DNA from: Candidatus Ozemobacteraceae bacterium
GTDB lineage: Bacteria; Muiribacteriota; Ozemobacteria; Ozemobacterales; Ozemobacteraceae
DNA: 64,000 nucleotides
Direction of reading: 5' to 3'
Assembly (NCBI GenBank): GCA_965140445.1
Contig: OZ223236.1
Coordinates: 1,408,001 to 1,472,000, forward strand
Below, piece after piece: positions 10,003-20,537 of the stretch. The translations under genes and the position numbers were made by a program. The notes beneath the pieces are model-generated. The model searched no databases. It saw only the letters and a program-made list of their open reading frames with translations, and was not told where the DNA came from. The stretch's first letter is position 1. Every line of letters begins with the position of its first letter.

Positions 10003-11517
10003 ATGGATATAAAAGTAAAACGTCTATTAAGAGATCTTTCAAATCCTGATGGAGATTTGCGGGCTTTGTCTGCAATGACCATTATGAAACTTGATTTTCC
10101 TGATAAAAAGGTTTCTGAAGAGGTAGTTAAAGCTCTTGTTAAAGCTACTCAAGATAAAAATGTTTCAGTTAGGTTTTTCGCGAGAAAAGCTATCGATAAG
10201 ATCAAGAAGTCTGATCGACTTTTAAAATCTGGAGCCAATGAGGAGCGAGATTCTGTTCCTCTGGCTGATAGATTGAGCTCTGAATCATATGAAAGTCGCC
10301 TTTCTGCGGTTTTAGAGATTTCAAATAAAAATGATGAAACCTTTAAAGACCAATTAATTACCATGCTTGGTGTTGAGGAACATCCGTTCGTAAAGGCGGC
10401 TATTGTAAGCGCATTGAAGCTTTTTATAACCAAAGAAGAAGCTGATATTCTCAGTCCATTTTTAACTGATCCGGATAACCGTGTAAGGTCAAATACTATT
10501 GAAGCTTTGGAATATTTAAAAGTGGAAGAAGCTATTCCAAGCTTGTTTTCTGCTCTTGAAGATCGCGACAATAGGATTAGATCTGTGGCGGCCAAAGCTC
10601 TTCAGTCTTTTGGAGAAGAAAAAGTTTTTACTGAGTTAAAGAAGATGCTCGAATCAGATGAAGAGTGGATGAAGGGCAGTGCAATATATGCTCTAAGTCA
10701 TATTCAAGCAGGAGAGGCAATTACAATGCTTATTGAGGCTGCCAAGACTGGCACCCACAATGAGACTCGTTTGAAAGCTATAATTGCTTTGGCAAATTAT
10801 CACGATTTAGCTTCTTTTGGTTTTTTGAAACACCTGGTGGTTACCTCGGAAGGTCCTATAAAAGAAGCCGCTGCAAGGTCATTAAAGTTGATCGAGGAGA
10901 AATTTGGACAAGAAGCGCCAATGACTACCATAGTTGCCTCAGATGAACCATCAGAAGAAGACGGCAATGAAGCTGGCTCACAGCCTGGAGATGCTGCTTC
11001 TGGGGATTTGACTTCAACAGTTACCCAGTTCTTCAGAAAAGGTAAAGACGAAGCGATTGGGTTATCTAAAAAGGCTGCGATAAATTTTGCTGTTACGGAT
11101 TTGAAAAAACAGCTGGATGAAAATTTTAAAGAAATTGGCCGGGTCGTATTTATAATGTATCAGAGTGGCGAACTTGAGATTCCAGAGCTATTAACCATTG
11201 GGCATGAAATTTTGAGAATGAATTTTTTTATCCAGAAATATACAGAACAGGAAGACAAGGTTGAAGAAAAGAAGGGCACAGGCTTCTTTGACCAGTTAAA
11301 AAATCTGTTTTCAAAGTCTGCTGAAGATTCAAAGAATAAGTCTCAGGCAGAAATTTTCACAAAAAAACGTGAAGAGCTATTGTTGAGACTTGGCCGACGT
11401 TCTGTAAAAAAATACGAAGAAGAAGTGTTTCAGGCCAAAGTGCTCGAAGTTTATATTGCAACTCATCAAAATCTTCAGAAAAAACTTAAGAATGAACAAG
11501 CTAAATTAGCTATTTAA
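10003..11517 (+). CDS. HEAT-repeat protein with helical C-terminal domain
   Basis: DKNVSVRFFARKA, DPDNRVRSNTIEAL, DRDNRIRSVAAKAL repeats. Confidence 0.85.
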   Translation: MDIKVKRLLRDLSNPDGDLRALSAMTIMKLDFPDKKVSEEVVKALVKATQDKNVSVRFFARKAIDKIKKSDRLLKSGANEERDSVPLADRLSSESYESRLSAVLEISNKNDETFKDQLITMLGVEEHPFVKAAIVSALKLFITKEEADILSPFLTDPDNRVRSNTIEALEYLKVEEAIPSLFSALEDRDNRIRSVAAKALQSFGEEKVFTELKKMLESDEEWMKGSAIYALSHIQAGEAITMLIEAAKTGTHNETRLKAIIALANYHDLASFGFLKHLVVTSEGPIKEAAARSLKLIEEKFGQEAPMTTIVASDEPSEEDGNEAGSQPGDAASGDLTSTVTQFFRKGKDEAIGLSKKAAINFAVTDLKKQLDENFKEIGRVVFIMYQSGELEIPELLTIGHEILRMNFFIQKYTEQEDKVEEKKGTGFFDQLKNLFSKSAEDSKNKSQAEIFTKKREELLLRLGRRSVKKYEEEVFQAKVLEVYIATHQNLQKKLKNEQAKLAI

Positions 11518-11527
11518 GGAGTTTGTC

Positions 11528-12040
11528 GTGGATTTAAAAAAATATGTTAGAGATATTCCTGATTTTCCTAAACCTGGAATTGTTTTTAAGGATATTACTC
11601 CAATGCTGAAAAGCCCCGAGGCTTTTGGGGCGTTGATTGATATGTTTGCTACAAAATATAAAGACTCGGGGATAACAGCAATTTGTGGAATTGAATCCAG
11701 AGGATTTATTTTTGGGGCTGCATTAGCGCAAAAAATGAATGTGGGATTTATCCCGATACGAAAAGCGGGAAAACTTCCATATAAAACCGTAAAAAAAGAA
11801 TACAGTCTGGAATACGGCACTGATTCCATTGAGATTCATGAGGACGCTGTAGAAAAGGGTGAAAAGGTTCTGTTGATTGATGATTTAATTGCAACAGGCG
11901 GAACAGCTAAAGCGGCTTTAGATTTGCTTGAAGAAATTGGTGCAGATGTTGTTGGAATAGCTTTTTTAGTTGAGCTGACTTTCTTAAAGGGCATTGAAAA
12001 ATTTGACAAAAACAAGGTATTTTGCTTGTTGAAATACTGA
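11528..12040 (+). CDS. apt: Adenine phosphoribosyltransferase
   Basis: IPDFPKPGIVFKDI, ESRGF, RKAGKLP, YSLEYG, PRPP motif VLLIDDLIATGGT. Confidence 0.97.
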   Translation: MDLKKYVRDIPDFPKPGIVFKDITPMLKSPEAFGALIDMFATKYKDSGITAICGIESRGFIFGAALAQKMNVGFIPIRKAGKLPYKTVKKEYSLEYGTDSIEIHEDAVEKGEKVLLIDDLIATGGTAKAALDLLEEIGADVVGIAFLVELTFLKGIEKFDKNKVFCLLKY

Positions 12041-12043
12041 TTT

Positions 12044-12748
12044 ATGCCTACAAAATTGAAAATTCTTGCCGTTATTCCGGCAAGAGGCGGCTCCAAGCGA
12101 TTACCTGGGAAGAATTTAAAGCCCCTGGGGGGAAAGAGTTTAATCCGCCGATCTGCTGAAACAGCTACTGAATGTGGCTGTTTTGAAGCCGTTGCACTTT
12201 CCACGGATTGTCCGGCAATTGCGGAGGAAGGGCGAATGGCTGGCCTTTTGGTGCCATTTATAAGGCCTGCTGAATTAGCCACAGATAGCGCATCGTCAAT
12301 TGATGTGCTTTTGCACGCAACGAAATGGTTTGAAAGGGATGGGCTGTTTTTCGATACTATATGTCTTTTGCAGGTCACGTCACCGTTTGTTAATCCAGAT
12401 CATATTCTCAATGCTGTTGAAACCTTTGAAAAAGGCGATCTAACTACTCTTTCATCGATGGTAGAAGTTTCGCAGTATCCTGAGTGGATGTTTACCAGAA
12501 GAAGTAATGAAGGCTTTATCATGAAGCCAGATTTTCCAGAAAAACTAGTTTGTTCGTCGGACAAGATTCCTAAAAGGTTCATCGAAAATGGTGCAATATA
12601 TCTGGTAAAAAAGGATTATTTTCTAAAAACCGGTTCGCTGTATGACTTGGAAAATCATGGCGCGGTAGTTATGTCTGAGTCTGACTCAGTAGATATTGAT
12701 ACTCAATCTGACTGGGATCTGGCGGAGTTTTTTCTCGCAAGAAAATAG
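12044..12748 (+). CDS. Acylneuraminate cytidylyltransferase family (NeuA/PseF-like)
   Basis: IPARGGSKRLPGKN, STD, RPAELATD, ENGAIY, SVDIDT..D motifs. Confidence 0.9.
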   Translation: MPTKLKILAVIPARGGSKRLPGKNLKPLGGKSLIRRSAETATECGCFEAVALSTDCPAIAEEGRMAGLLVPFIRPAELATDSASSIDVLLHATKWFERDGLFFDTICLLQVTSPFVNPDHILNAVETFEKGDLTTLSSMVEVSQYPEWMFTRRSNEGFIMKPDFPEKLVCSSDKIPKRFIENGAIYLVKKDYFLKTGSLYDLENHGAVVMSESDSVDIDTQSDWDLAEFFLARK

Positions 12749-12758
12749 TAAGGTTAAA

Positions 12759-14828
12759 TTATTTTTTGACCATGATCTGGTTGAAAAGTGAGGCGCGATT
12801 TCTTCCGTTTTCTTTTGAATAATAAAGGGCGATGTCAGATTTTGATATAAGTTCTTTTTTGCTTCGTGCTTGATCCGGGTAACACGAAACTCCCAGTGAG
12901 ATCGTTATTGGAACCTGTTTGCCGTCAATTCTAAAATCGTATGATTCGATGGTGGATCTTATTCTTTCTGCAGGGACAAGGGACCCCTCACCATTTTTTT
13001 CGGGACAAATAACTACGAATTCTTCTCCACCATAACGGGCTGCAATATCAATTTCTCTTATGCTTTTTTCAATGAGCTTTGCTACGGTTTTCAAAACTCT
13101 ATCACCTTCTGGATGCCCATAGGTGTCATTAAATTGTTTGAAGTGATCCACGTCGATTAGAAGTAGAGAGACATGATTCTCATAGCGGTCAGCTCTTTGT
13201 AGTTCTTCATCTAGTCGTAACTGAAAATAGCGATGATTGTATAGTTTTGTCATTTCGTCTGTTACTGCATATTTGTACAGTCTGGCATTTTCTATGGCAA
13301 TGGCTGCCTGGGTTGCCAGATTTGAAAAAAGTTCAAAGTCTTTATCAGAAAAAGAATTTGGGGTTGATTTTGAAACATTAAGGGCGCCGAGAAGCTTGTC
13401 CTTCGCAATTAGAGGGACACACATCAGAGTTCCTTGCTGGACATTTTTTTTCTTTATGGACATGAAGGTTTGATCTGTTTCCACGTCTTTTATGAAAAGT
13501 GGTTTTCCAGTTTCAACAACGTAGCCTACAATAGATTGCCCGACTTCAACTCTAATATCTTTGGCTATTTCATCAGAAAGCCCAATTGCCACACCAATTG
13601 TTAGAATTTGCTCTGAGTCGTCCAGGAGCATTAAAGAGCCTTTTTCTGCGCTAATGACCTTGGCAACAGTTTCCAGAATCATGTTTTGAAGCTGTCTGAA
13701 ATCAAGAACTGAGCTTATGGCCTTTCCAACTTCGAACAGAGTTGATAGTGATTTGATTCTGTAGTCCAAGTCTTCTTTGGTGATTTTTAAATTTTGGCGC
13801 ATCTCATCAAAATTTGCAGTTAGCACTCCAATTTCATCGTCTGAGTGTGGAACTAACTTATGGGAGAAGTCGCCAAGACTGATAAATCTGGAACCTTCGA
13901 CAAGAGAAGAGATCGGCGAAGTAAACTTCCTCGCCAGGAAAAATGCCAGAAAGAAAGATATCAAAGCAATTATGCCAAGAGTTGTTAACATAAAGCTTTT
14001 GAATCTGTCGGCTGCTCTAAAAGCAACTTTTTCTTTAATTTGCAGGACAATGGTCCAATTTGGGGCTTGATAAAAATCGAACTTTTTTAATGAAACAGCT
14101 GTAATCAGATACTGCTCATTATCAATCTTTTTCATTTTGGTTATGTCGCTGTCAATGGCTTCTGACCCAGAGAAGTCAAAAGCGTGAGCGTCATCTGAGG
14201 ATTTGGCAATAACGGTTCCAGCTTCGTCTAAAACGAGCCCCTGGGATTTAGAATTTTTAAGCGCAGTTTTTAACAAGTCTCTAATGGTAAGAAGGTTTAC
14301 TTCAGATATCAGAACCCCGGCGATTCCTTGTTTCTCAGGTGAATGAATTACGGATTCTAACGTCATGTAAGGGGTGCCATCCTGACTTGTGAAAACTTCA
14401 GAAAGCGAACCCTGGTAACTTCTTTTTATGGCGTTGGAATAAAGCCAGTCCTTGGGGAGGCGTGTGGATGCGTCTGTTGATGCAACAATGTTTCTATTGC
14501 TATCGACCAGATACATTACTTTAAAAAAGGAGAAATAGCTCAATAGGGCATTAAAAAAGTCTTCCGAAATAACAGGATCAAGAGAGACAACCGCTTTTAA
14601 TGAAGTTATTGAATGGAGGAGCTTTCTTGTGTATTCAAGGTTCTCGAAGATACTGTGAGCTAAAACATTTGAAAGTTCCTGGTGACTTTGAGTGACCTCT
14701 TTAATAATGATCTGCTTTTGAGTATTGTATGATTGGAAGCCTAGATACCAAAGTGGCGCAAGGGAAAGAACCAGTAAAATTAGAATAAAACGGCCTCTTA
14801 TGCCGAATCTTATTCTATTGTTATTCAT
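12759..14828 (-). CDS. Membrane diguanylate cyclase (Cache-like sensor, HAMP, GAF, GGDEF)
   Basis: Two TM segments, HAMP (DEIGVL..NFDEM), GAF (VPLIAKDKLLGAL), DVDHFK..NDTYGH, RYGGEEF, RxxD I-site REID. Confidence 0.93.
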   Translation of the reverse strand: MNNNRIRFGIRGRFILILLVLSLAPLWYLGFQSYNTQKQIIIKEVTQSHQELSNVLAHSIFENLEYTRKLLHSITSLKAVVSLDPVISEDFFNALLSYFSFFKVMYLVDSNRNIVASTDASTRLPKDWLYSNAIKRSYQGSLSEVFTSQDGTPYMTLESVIHSPEKQGIAGVLISEVNLLTIRDLLKTALKNSKSQGLVLDEAGTVIAKSSDDAHAFDFSGSEAIDSDITKMKKIDNEQYLITAVSLKKFDFYQAPNWTIVLQIKEKVAFRAADRFKSFMLTTLGIIALISFFLAFFLARKFTSPISSLVEGSRFISLGDFSHKLVPHSDDEIGVLTANFDEMRQNLKITKEDLDYRIKSLSTLFEVGKAISSVLDFRQLQNMILETVAKVISAEKGSLMLLDDSEQILTIGVAIGLSDEIAKDIRVEVGQSIVGYVVETGKPLFIKDVETDQTFMSIKKKNVQQGTLMCVPLIAKDKLLGALNVSKSTPNSFSDKDFELFSNLATQAAIAIENARLYKYAVTDEMTKLYNHRYFQLRLDEELQRADRYENHVSLLLIDVDHFKQFNDTYGHPEGDRVLKTVAKLIEKSIREIDIAARYGGEEFVVICPEKNGEGSLVPAERIRSTIESYDFRIDGKQVPITISLGVSCYPDQARSKKELISKSDIALYYSKENGRNRASLFNQIMVKK

Positions 14829-15831
14829 CTGAAGGTCCTGAAGTCTTTAGCTTTGATTTAATACTCTGGATATTTTCATTAATCAAAGGGTAATCTGCTG
14901 AAAAACTTTTTACTCTTTCAAAGTAGCCGAGGGACTTTTCCAGTTCACCTAATCCTAGAAATATATTCCCAAGATGAAAAAGGGCGTCCAGAGATTTTGG
15001 GTTTTCAGCCACAACTTCCATGAAAAGAGATATTGCATCTGAACTTCTGGCAACTCCATGCAAGGCTTGCCCTCTGATTATTTTTATCTGGCTGTTGTCA
15101 GGGTTTTGCTGGATAAGTCTTTCTGTTATTTCTAATGCCAGATCAAAATCTTCGTTAATAATTGCCATCAAGGCTTCTGTCTGGTCATCACCTGAATCAT
15201 TAGAATAGCTGCCTTTAAATTTGTTTTTGTCCTGTTCAATTTTTGCTAAAAATTCTTGTTCTTCACACTTTAAAATTTCGGCTTGAACCACTTCTACATA
15301 AGTAGAATCTAACTCTTTAAGCCTATTTAAATGAAATTTGGCTTTTTGAAAATCCCCTTCGTCGCGAAAGATGACACCCAGGTTTTGATGGGCCTGAATG
15401 TGCTCGGGATTTATTTCTAAAACTCGCTCATAAAAAGGCATCGCTTCTTGTCTTTTGCCAAGGTGAGAAAGAGCTACCGCAATGTTGAATACAGCGTCTT
15501 CATCCTGGGGTTTAAGTTTTATGACTTGTTCCCATTCTTGAATGGCCTGAAGAGTTTTATTTTGTTTCATATAAATCAGACCAAGATTGTAGTGGGAGAA
15601 AACATGGTCTGGAGCGACTTCAAGGGCAGTCATGTAAGCTCCGATGGCTTTTATGACGTCATTCATTTTATGAAGAAAAACACCTTTTGTAGAGTAAAAA
15701 TCAGGATTATCAGGGGCTTTGCTGATAGCCTTTTCAATTTGAGCTAGAGCTTTGTCATATTGTCCCTGCTCAAAAAGATCAAGGGAAGTTTCGTAGTGCC
15801 GTTGTGCGTATGTTCTGTCGGTATTTGCCAT
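14821..15831 (-). CDS. Tetratricopeptide repeat protein
   Basis: Multiple TPR units (HYNLGLIY, FNIAVAL, HQNLGVIF, FHLGNIF). Start probably MANTD at 15831; the ORF extends to 15915. Overlaps the GGDEF gene start by 8 nt. Confidence 0.85.
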   Translation of the reverse strand: MANTDRTYAQRHYETSLDLFEQGQYDKALAQIEKAISKAPDNPDFYSTKGVFLHKMNDVIKAIGAYMTALEVAPDHVFSHYNLGLIYMKQNKTLQAIQEWEQVIKLKPQDEDAVFNIAVALSHLGKRQEAMPFYERVLEINPEHIQAHQNLGVIFRDEGDFQKAKFHLNRLKELDSTYVEVVQAEILKCEEQEFLAKIEQDKNKFKGSYSNDSGDDQTEALMAIINEDFDLALEITERLIQQNPDNSQIKIIRGQALHGVARSSDAISLFMEVVAENPKSLDALFHLGNIFLGLGELEKSLGYFERVKSFSADYPLINENIQSIKSKLKTSGPSDE

Positions 15832-15965
15832 AAAGTTATATGCCTTGAGATCTGCTTTGCGGATGTGTTGATTATGAATTATAGATGATTTATCGTTCGT
15901 TTTCAAATAATGCACAAATATTATATCTTGAACTTGTGAGCTGGTGGCATATATAATGGCTGATC

Positions 15966-16337
15966 ATGACAACAGAAGATAATGAACAAAAATTGAATAG
16001 CGAAAATGAAGTAGAAGCAGCTTCTTATAGCAAGAAACAACCAGAACCAGAAATGTGGAGTACTAGATGGGTTCTACAGTGGTGTTATTTGTTAATCGTT
16101 GTTTTTCTTGCTGGATCAGCACTAAATTGCTTGTTCAGGTGGCTTGCTTATGGCTATTCATGGGATGGAGCCGGCACTCTTTTAAGTGCAGCCCTTTCAA
16201 TTGTCGTTTACTATTTTTCTTTAAATACTGGTAGAATAGGCAGTCTGGAGAAAAGAACTGTTTTGGCTTTTGCTTCTCTGGCAGCTTGGGCAGTAGCCCT
16301 TCCCTTAATTTTTAGACTATTGGGTTTTAAAGGCTGA
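15966..16337 (+). CDS. Hypothetical membrane protein (about 3 TM)
   Basis: ORF fills the intergenic gap; three hydrophobic segments. Confidence 0.7.
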   Translation: MTTEDNEQKLNSENEVEAASYSKKQPEPEMWSTRWVLQWCYLLIVVFLAGSALNCLFRWLAYGYSWDGAGTLLSAALSIVVYYFSLNTGRIGSLEKRTVLAFASLAAWAVALPLIFRLLGFKG

Positions 16338-16341
16338 TAAA

Positions 16342-18096
16342 TTAGTTTTCATCAGTATCTGAGATCACATCGTTTTCGTTAATTGTGAATCTTGAAACTA
16401 ATGAATGAAGCTCATCTGCTAATGTGGCAAGGTCTTCAGTGGAGTTAGAAACCTGAGAAACCGTTGTGGTTTGTTGTTCAACAGAGGTTGCAACAATACC
16501 GGTTCTTTCTGAAGTCGATTTTGTCAGACTGGTAATATCTTCAATTGTTCTTGCCATAATCATTGAGTTTTGTGATTGCTCATTTGAAATCTTAGAAATG
16601 TCATTGATTTTGGTATGCACATCATTAACGTTGCCAATAATGTTATTCAGTCCGGTGCTTACCTCGCGAATGATTTTCATTCCATCATCAACGCGACCAC
16701 GGCCGAGAGTCATTGAATCAACTGCATTCTGAGTTTTTGTCAAAATGTTTTCGATTCTTGTTCCAATAGCTTCAGCAGCATCAGCAGATTCTTCAGCCAG
16801 TTTGCGGACTTCTTCTGCAACAACTGTAAACCCTTTACCTTGTTCTCCTGCTCTTGCGGCCTCAATAGCAGCATTCAGAGCAAGAAGGTTTGTTTGACTT
16901 GCGATTGCGGTAATTGTGTTAACTATTTCATTAATCTGGAGTGAAGCAGAGTTCAGGTCTAAAATAACCTGAGTGGCAATATCAACTGATTCTTTGATCT
17001 TACTGATCATTTCAACAGATTTCTTAACCGTTTTTCCGCCATCAGCAGCGGCGGCAGAGGTAATTTCAACTGCTTTAACCGCAGTCTCAGAAAGTTGGGC
17101 AACCTTTTGTGCTGATTCTGAAAACTTTTCAACGTTGGCGGTGGTTTTTTCAAGATTTGTTGAAATTTCTACTGATGATTCGTTGATATCGTTTACGTTT
17201 TTGGAAATATCTAAAAGTGTTGCTGCTGATTCCACTGAAGCAGAGCTTAGTTGTTGCGAGTTTGTTGCCAGATCATCACTGGTTTCCAGAACCTTTGAGA
17301 TCATCTGACAAATGCCCTCCAACATTCTGTTGAAGCTTTCGGCAAGCCTTTGAAATTCATCCTGGGTTTTGAACTTGAGCCTAGTGTGCAAATGCCCCTT
17401 TTCAGCCTCAGACATTGACTGGATTATTTTTTCCAATGGGCGGGAGATACCGGTTGAAATGAACCATGTAAAACCAATTCCAAAGGCAAGTAGGACTACA
17501 GGCAAGAGTTTGCCGATAATAGTCATTGTTTTAAACATTGAGTCTATATTTCTTTTTATATATAGTCTGCTAAAGTTTGCCAAGGCTTCGCAAAGACTTC
17601 TTGCTTTAGCGCTGAATTCAACTTCTTTGTCTTTAAGGGAAACTAAAATTTCAGCTTTTTTTAATTCGTCTGTTCCTGTGGCGTTAAAGTTGTCTATGTA
17701 AGCGTCACCAACATCTAAAATTTCATGATACATACTTCTTGTGGTTACAAGAAAAGCTTTTACGCTGGTTGCTTTTTTCAAAAACGGGTCGTTAAGAAAG
17801 CCTTCCATTGCGCTTAACTTGGCGTTAGCGCCTTCCTTAGAAGTTTCATATGAAATGAGGAGGTCTTCTTTGGGTTCGGTTTTAATAATATCTCCAAGAG
17901 CAAAGGTAACCTGATGAACATTTGCGATTAGCTCTTGTGAGTTAAGAATCATTTCTGTGTGGGTTCCACGTAGAAAACTAATGATTTCTCTTAGTTTTAT
18001 CATGTTGTAACCGGCTAAAGCTGCGACTCCAATACAAATAATTAAAATGCAAAGGAAGCCGGACATGATTTTTTTGCTAATTGAGAAGCTGCCCAC
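16342..18096 (-). CDS. Methyl-accepting chemotaxis protein
   Basis: TM, helical sensor, TM, HAMP; signalling tip [38 protein letters not shown]. Confidence 0.96.
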   Translation of the reverse strand: MGSFSISKKIMSGFLCILIICIGVAALAGYNMIKLREIISFLRGTHTEMILNSQELIANVHQVTFALGDIIKTEPKEDLLISYETSKEGANAKLSAMEGFLNDPFLKKATSVKAFLVTTRSMYHEILDVGDAYIDNFNATGTDELKKAEILVSLKDKEVEFSAKARSLCEALANFSRLYIKRNIDSMFKTMTIIGKLLPVVLLAFGIGFTWFISTGISRPLEKIIQSMSEAEKGHLHTRLKFKTQDEFQRLAESFNRMLEGICQMISKVLETSDDLATNSQQLSSASVESAATLLDISKNVNDINESSVEISTNLEKTTANVEKFSESAQKVAQLSETAVKAVEITSAAAADGGKTVKKSVEMISKIKESVDIATQVILDLNSASLQINEIVNTITAIASQTNLLALNAAIEAARAGEQGKGFTVVAEEVRKLAEESADAAEAIGTRIENILTKTQNAVDSMTLGRGRVDDGMKIIREVSTGLNNIIGNVNDVHTKINDISKISNEQSQNSMIMARTIEDITSLTKSTSERTGIVATSVEQQTTTVSQVSNSTEDLATLADELHSLVSRFTINENDVISDTDEN

Positions 18097-18098
18097 TT

Positions 18099-19187
18099 TT
18101 AGAAATCTCCTCCCATGGCCTTATAATTAGGGAATGTGTAATAATGTGGTACAAAAATTTCTTTGAATCGTCTTATGGCGAAATCATCTGTCATACTGGC
18201 TAGATAATCCACAAGAGTGCGATTAAAAGTCTGGTCTTCCGGGACAGGGCCTTTTATGTGTTTTAAAAGTTCTTCGGGGTTTTTCATGAACCAGTCGGCC
18301 ATTTGTCTAAGAAGATGCTTAGATTTCTCAACAGAAGTGTCAATTTCTGGTCTGGTATAAACGTCATTGTAGAGGAACTTTTTAAGTTCAGCTGTTGCTG
18401 CCTGTATTTCATCGCTCATTCTAATGACGTCACTATCATAGCTGTTGTCTATGATATTTCTAACCATCCTATGGATTCTGATAGAATGTCGGTCGCCGAG
18501 GAGTTTAAGGGTGTTAGGTGGTAAATCTTCAGTTTTTATTACCCCTGCTCTAATTGCGTCGTCGACATCATGGTTAACGTAAGCAACCAGATCTGCAATT
18601 CTAACCACCTGAGCTTCTACTGTTAATGGGGGATTTGCTCCTTGTCCAACGGTTGCGGGACCATGTTTCCCTTTGCTGTGCTTTAGAATTCCATCCAAAA
18701 CTTCTTTTGTGAGGTTTAAACCTTCGCCATTTTTTTCAAGCTTGGTTACAACTCTTACGCTGTGCGAAGCATGATGGAAGCCTGTTTCGCTGATTTCAGA
18801 CAATACTTCCTCGCCGCCGTGGCCAAATGGCGTATGCCCAAGATCATGACCCAAAGCTATTGCTTCGGTTAGATCTTCGTTCAGGCCAAGGCAGCGGGAA
18901 ATACATCTGGCGGTGCAAACCACTTCCAATGTGTGAGTAAGCCTCGTTCGAAAGTGGTCATTGGTTGGTGAAAGAAACACTTGAGTTTTATGCTTCAGAC
19001 GGCGGAAAGCCTCGCTATGAATAATTCGATCAATGTCTCTTTGAAAGCATGAGCGAATGAAGCAGTCATTTTCCTGCTTTTCTCGGCCTAGCGATTTTCT
19101 CGACAGACATGCATGTCTCGAAAGAGCTTTTTCTTCATTTTCTTCGAACAGATTTCTCAAAGATGCGTCTGAAGTAATTGGTTTCAT
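18099..19187 (-). CDS. dgt: Deoxyguanosinetriphosphate triphosphohydrolase-like HD protein
   Basis: [53 protein letters not shown]. Confidence 0.93.
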   Translation of the reverse strand: MKPITSDASLRNLFEENEEKALSRHACLSRKSLGREKQENDCFIRSCFQRDIDRIIHSEAFRRLKHKTQVFLSPTNDHFRTRLTHTLEVVCTARCISRCLGLNEDLTEAIALGHDLGHTPFGHGGEEVLSEISETGFHHASHSVRVVTKLEKNGEGLNLTKEVLDGILKHSKGKHGPATVGQGANPPLTVEAQVVRIADLVAYVNHDVDDAIRAGVIKTEDLPPNTLKLLGDRHSIRIHRMVRNIIDNSYDSDVIRMSDEIQAATAELKKFLYNDVYTRPEIDTSVEKSKHLLRQMADWFMKNPEELLKHIKGPVPEDQTFNRTLVDYLASMTDDFAIRRFKEIFVPHYYTFPNYKAMGGDF

Positions 19188-19196
19188 GTTAATAAC

Positions 19197-20504
19197 TCAA
19201 GAAATTATATCGTGTATTAATGGCTGTGGAACAACCTTTTCATTGCTCAGTTCAATTGCGTTTTTAAGTCTTTCAATGGCTTTTGAATTATCAAGACTTT
19301 GTGAAATATGAACTTCAGCAATTACGTCGCCTTCTTTTACCATATCTCCAACGTGCTTAACAAGTTTTATACCTACTGCCATGTCAATGACTGAGTCTTT
19401 GTTTTCTCGGCCTGCTCCTAGCATCATTGCTGCTAATCCAACTTCCTCGCAATGGATTTGGCTGATCCATCCGTCTTTTTCAGCCTTTAAGCTTACTATT
19501 TCAGTGGCAGTAGGGAGTCTAGAATAATCTTCGATCATTCCTGTGTCACCACCCTGAATTTTTACCATTTCGAGGAATTTATTGTAAGCTTTTCCAGATT
19601 CCAATACTTCTATAACAGCTTTCTCTGCTTCTTCGAGAGAAATTTCATTGTTTTTGGAAATTCTGAATGCTTGTGCTGCAAGTGCTATAACTAGCTGTGA
19701 AAAGCTTTTTGGACCCTTATTTCTTAAGGTGTCGATAGCTTCTTTAACTTCCATGGCATTGCCGATCATTTCGCCAAGAGGTTCATCCATGTTAGTGATT
19801 ACCGCAGTAACTTTTCTTCCTGCTATTTTACCAATCTGAACCATTGATTTCGCCAGCTCTCTGGCATCATCCAGGCTTTTCATGAAAGCGCCGCTACCAA
19901 CTTTTACATCAAGAACAAGTCCGCTGTTCATTACTGCAAGCTTCTTAGACATAATTGATGCAGCTATAAGTGGTATAGAATCAACTGTAGCAGTTACATC
20001 ACGTAAGGCATATATTTTTTTGTCTGCAGGAACGAGATTGCCTGTTTGTCCGACAATTACAACCCCTGTTGAGTTAACTGCTTTGATGAAATCTTCCGTT
20101 GAAAGATCGCAAGAAAACCCTTTAATTGCTTCAAGTTTATCAATTGTTCCGCCGGTGTGTCCAAGCCCGCGGCCAGACATCTTGGCAACTTTTAATCCAA
20201 GTGATGCAAGAACAGGTCCAAGAACCAAGCTGGTTTTATCACCAACTCCACCCGTGGAATGCTTATCAACAGTGAAACCTTCAATTCCAGCCAGGTCAAT
20301 AATGTCGCCGCTAGTTCTCATGCAGTCGGTAAGCCAGAAAGTTTCTTCATCATCCATTCCCTTAAAAAATACTGCCATTAAAAAAGCAGCCATCTGATAA
20401 TCGGGAAGACTTGCATCAACGAAACCGTTGATCATGAATTTTATTTCTTCCTGGGTTAGTTTCTTTCCGTCACGTTTTCTTTTAATGACATCATAAGCTC
20501 TCAT
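19197..20504 (-). CDS. pdp: Pyrimidine-nucleoside (thymidine) phosphorylase
   Basis: DKHSTGGVGDK, KMSGRGLGHTGGTIDKLE, YALRDVTATV, SIMSKK. Confidence 0.96.
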   Translation of the reverse strand: MRAYDVIKRKRDGKKLTQEEIKFMINGFVDASLPDYQMAAFLMAVFFKGMDDEETFWLTDCMRTSGDIIDLAGIEGFTVDKHSTGGVGDKTSLVLGPVLASLGLKVAKMSGRGLGHTGGTIDKLEAIKGFSCDLSTEDFIKAVNSTGVVIVGQTGNLVPADKKIYALRDVTATVDSIPLIAASIMSKKLAVMNSGLVLDVKVGSGAFMKSLDDARELAKSMVQIGKIAGRKVTAVITNMDEPLGEMIGNAMEVKEAIDTLRNKGPKSFSQLVIALAAQAFRISKNNEISLEEAEKAVIEVLESGKAYNKFLEMVKIQGGDTGMIEDYSRLPTATEIVSLKAEKDGWISQIHCEEVGLAAMMLGAGRENKDSVIDMAVGIKLVKHVGDMVKEGDVIAEVHISQSLDNSKAIERLKNAIELSNEKVVPQPLIHDIIS

Positions 20505-20537
20505 CTATTCCGTTCCTTCCTTCTTTATGGAAAATTA

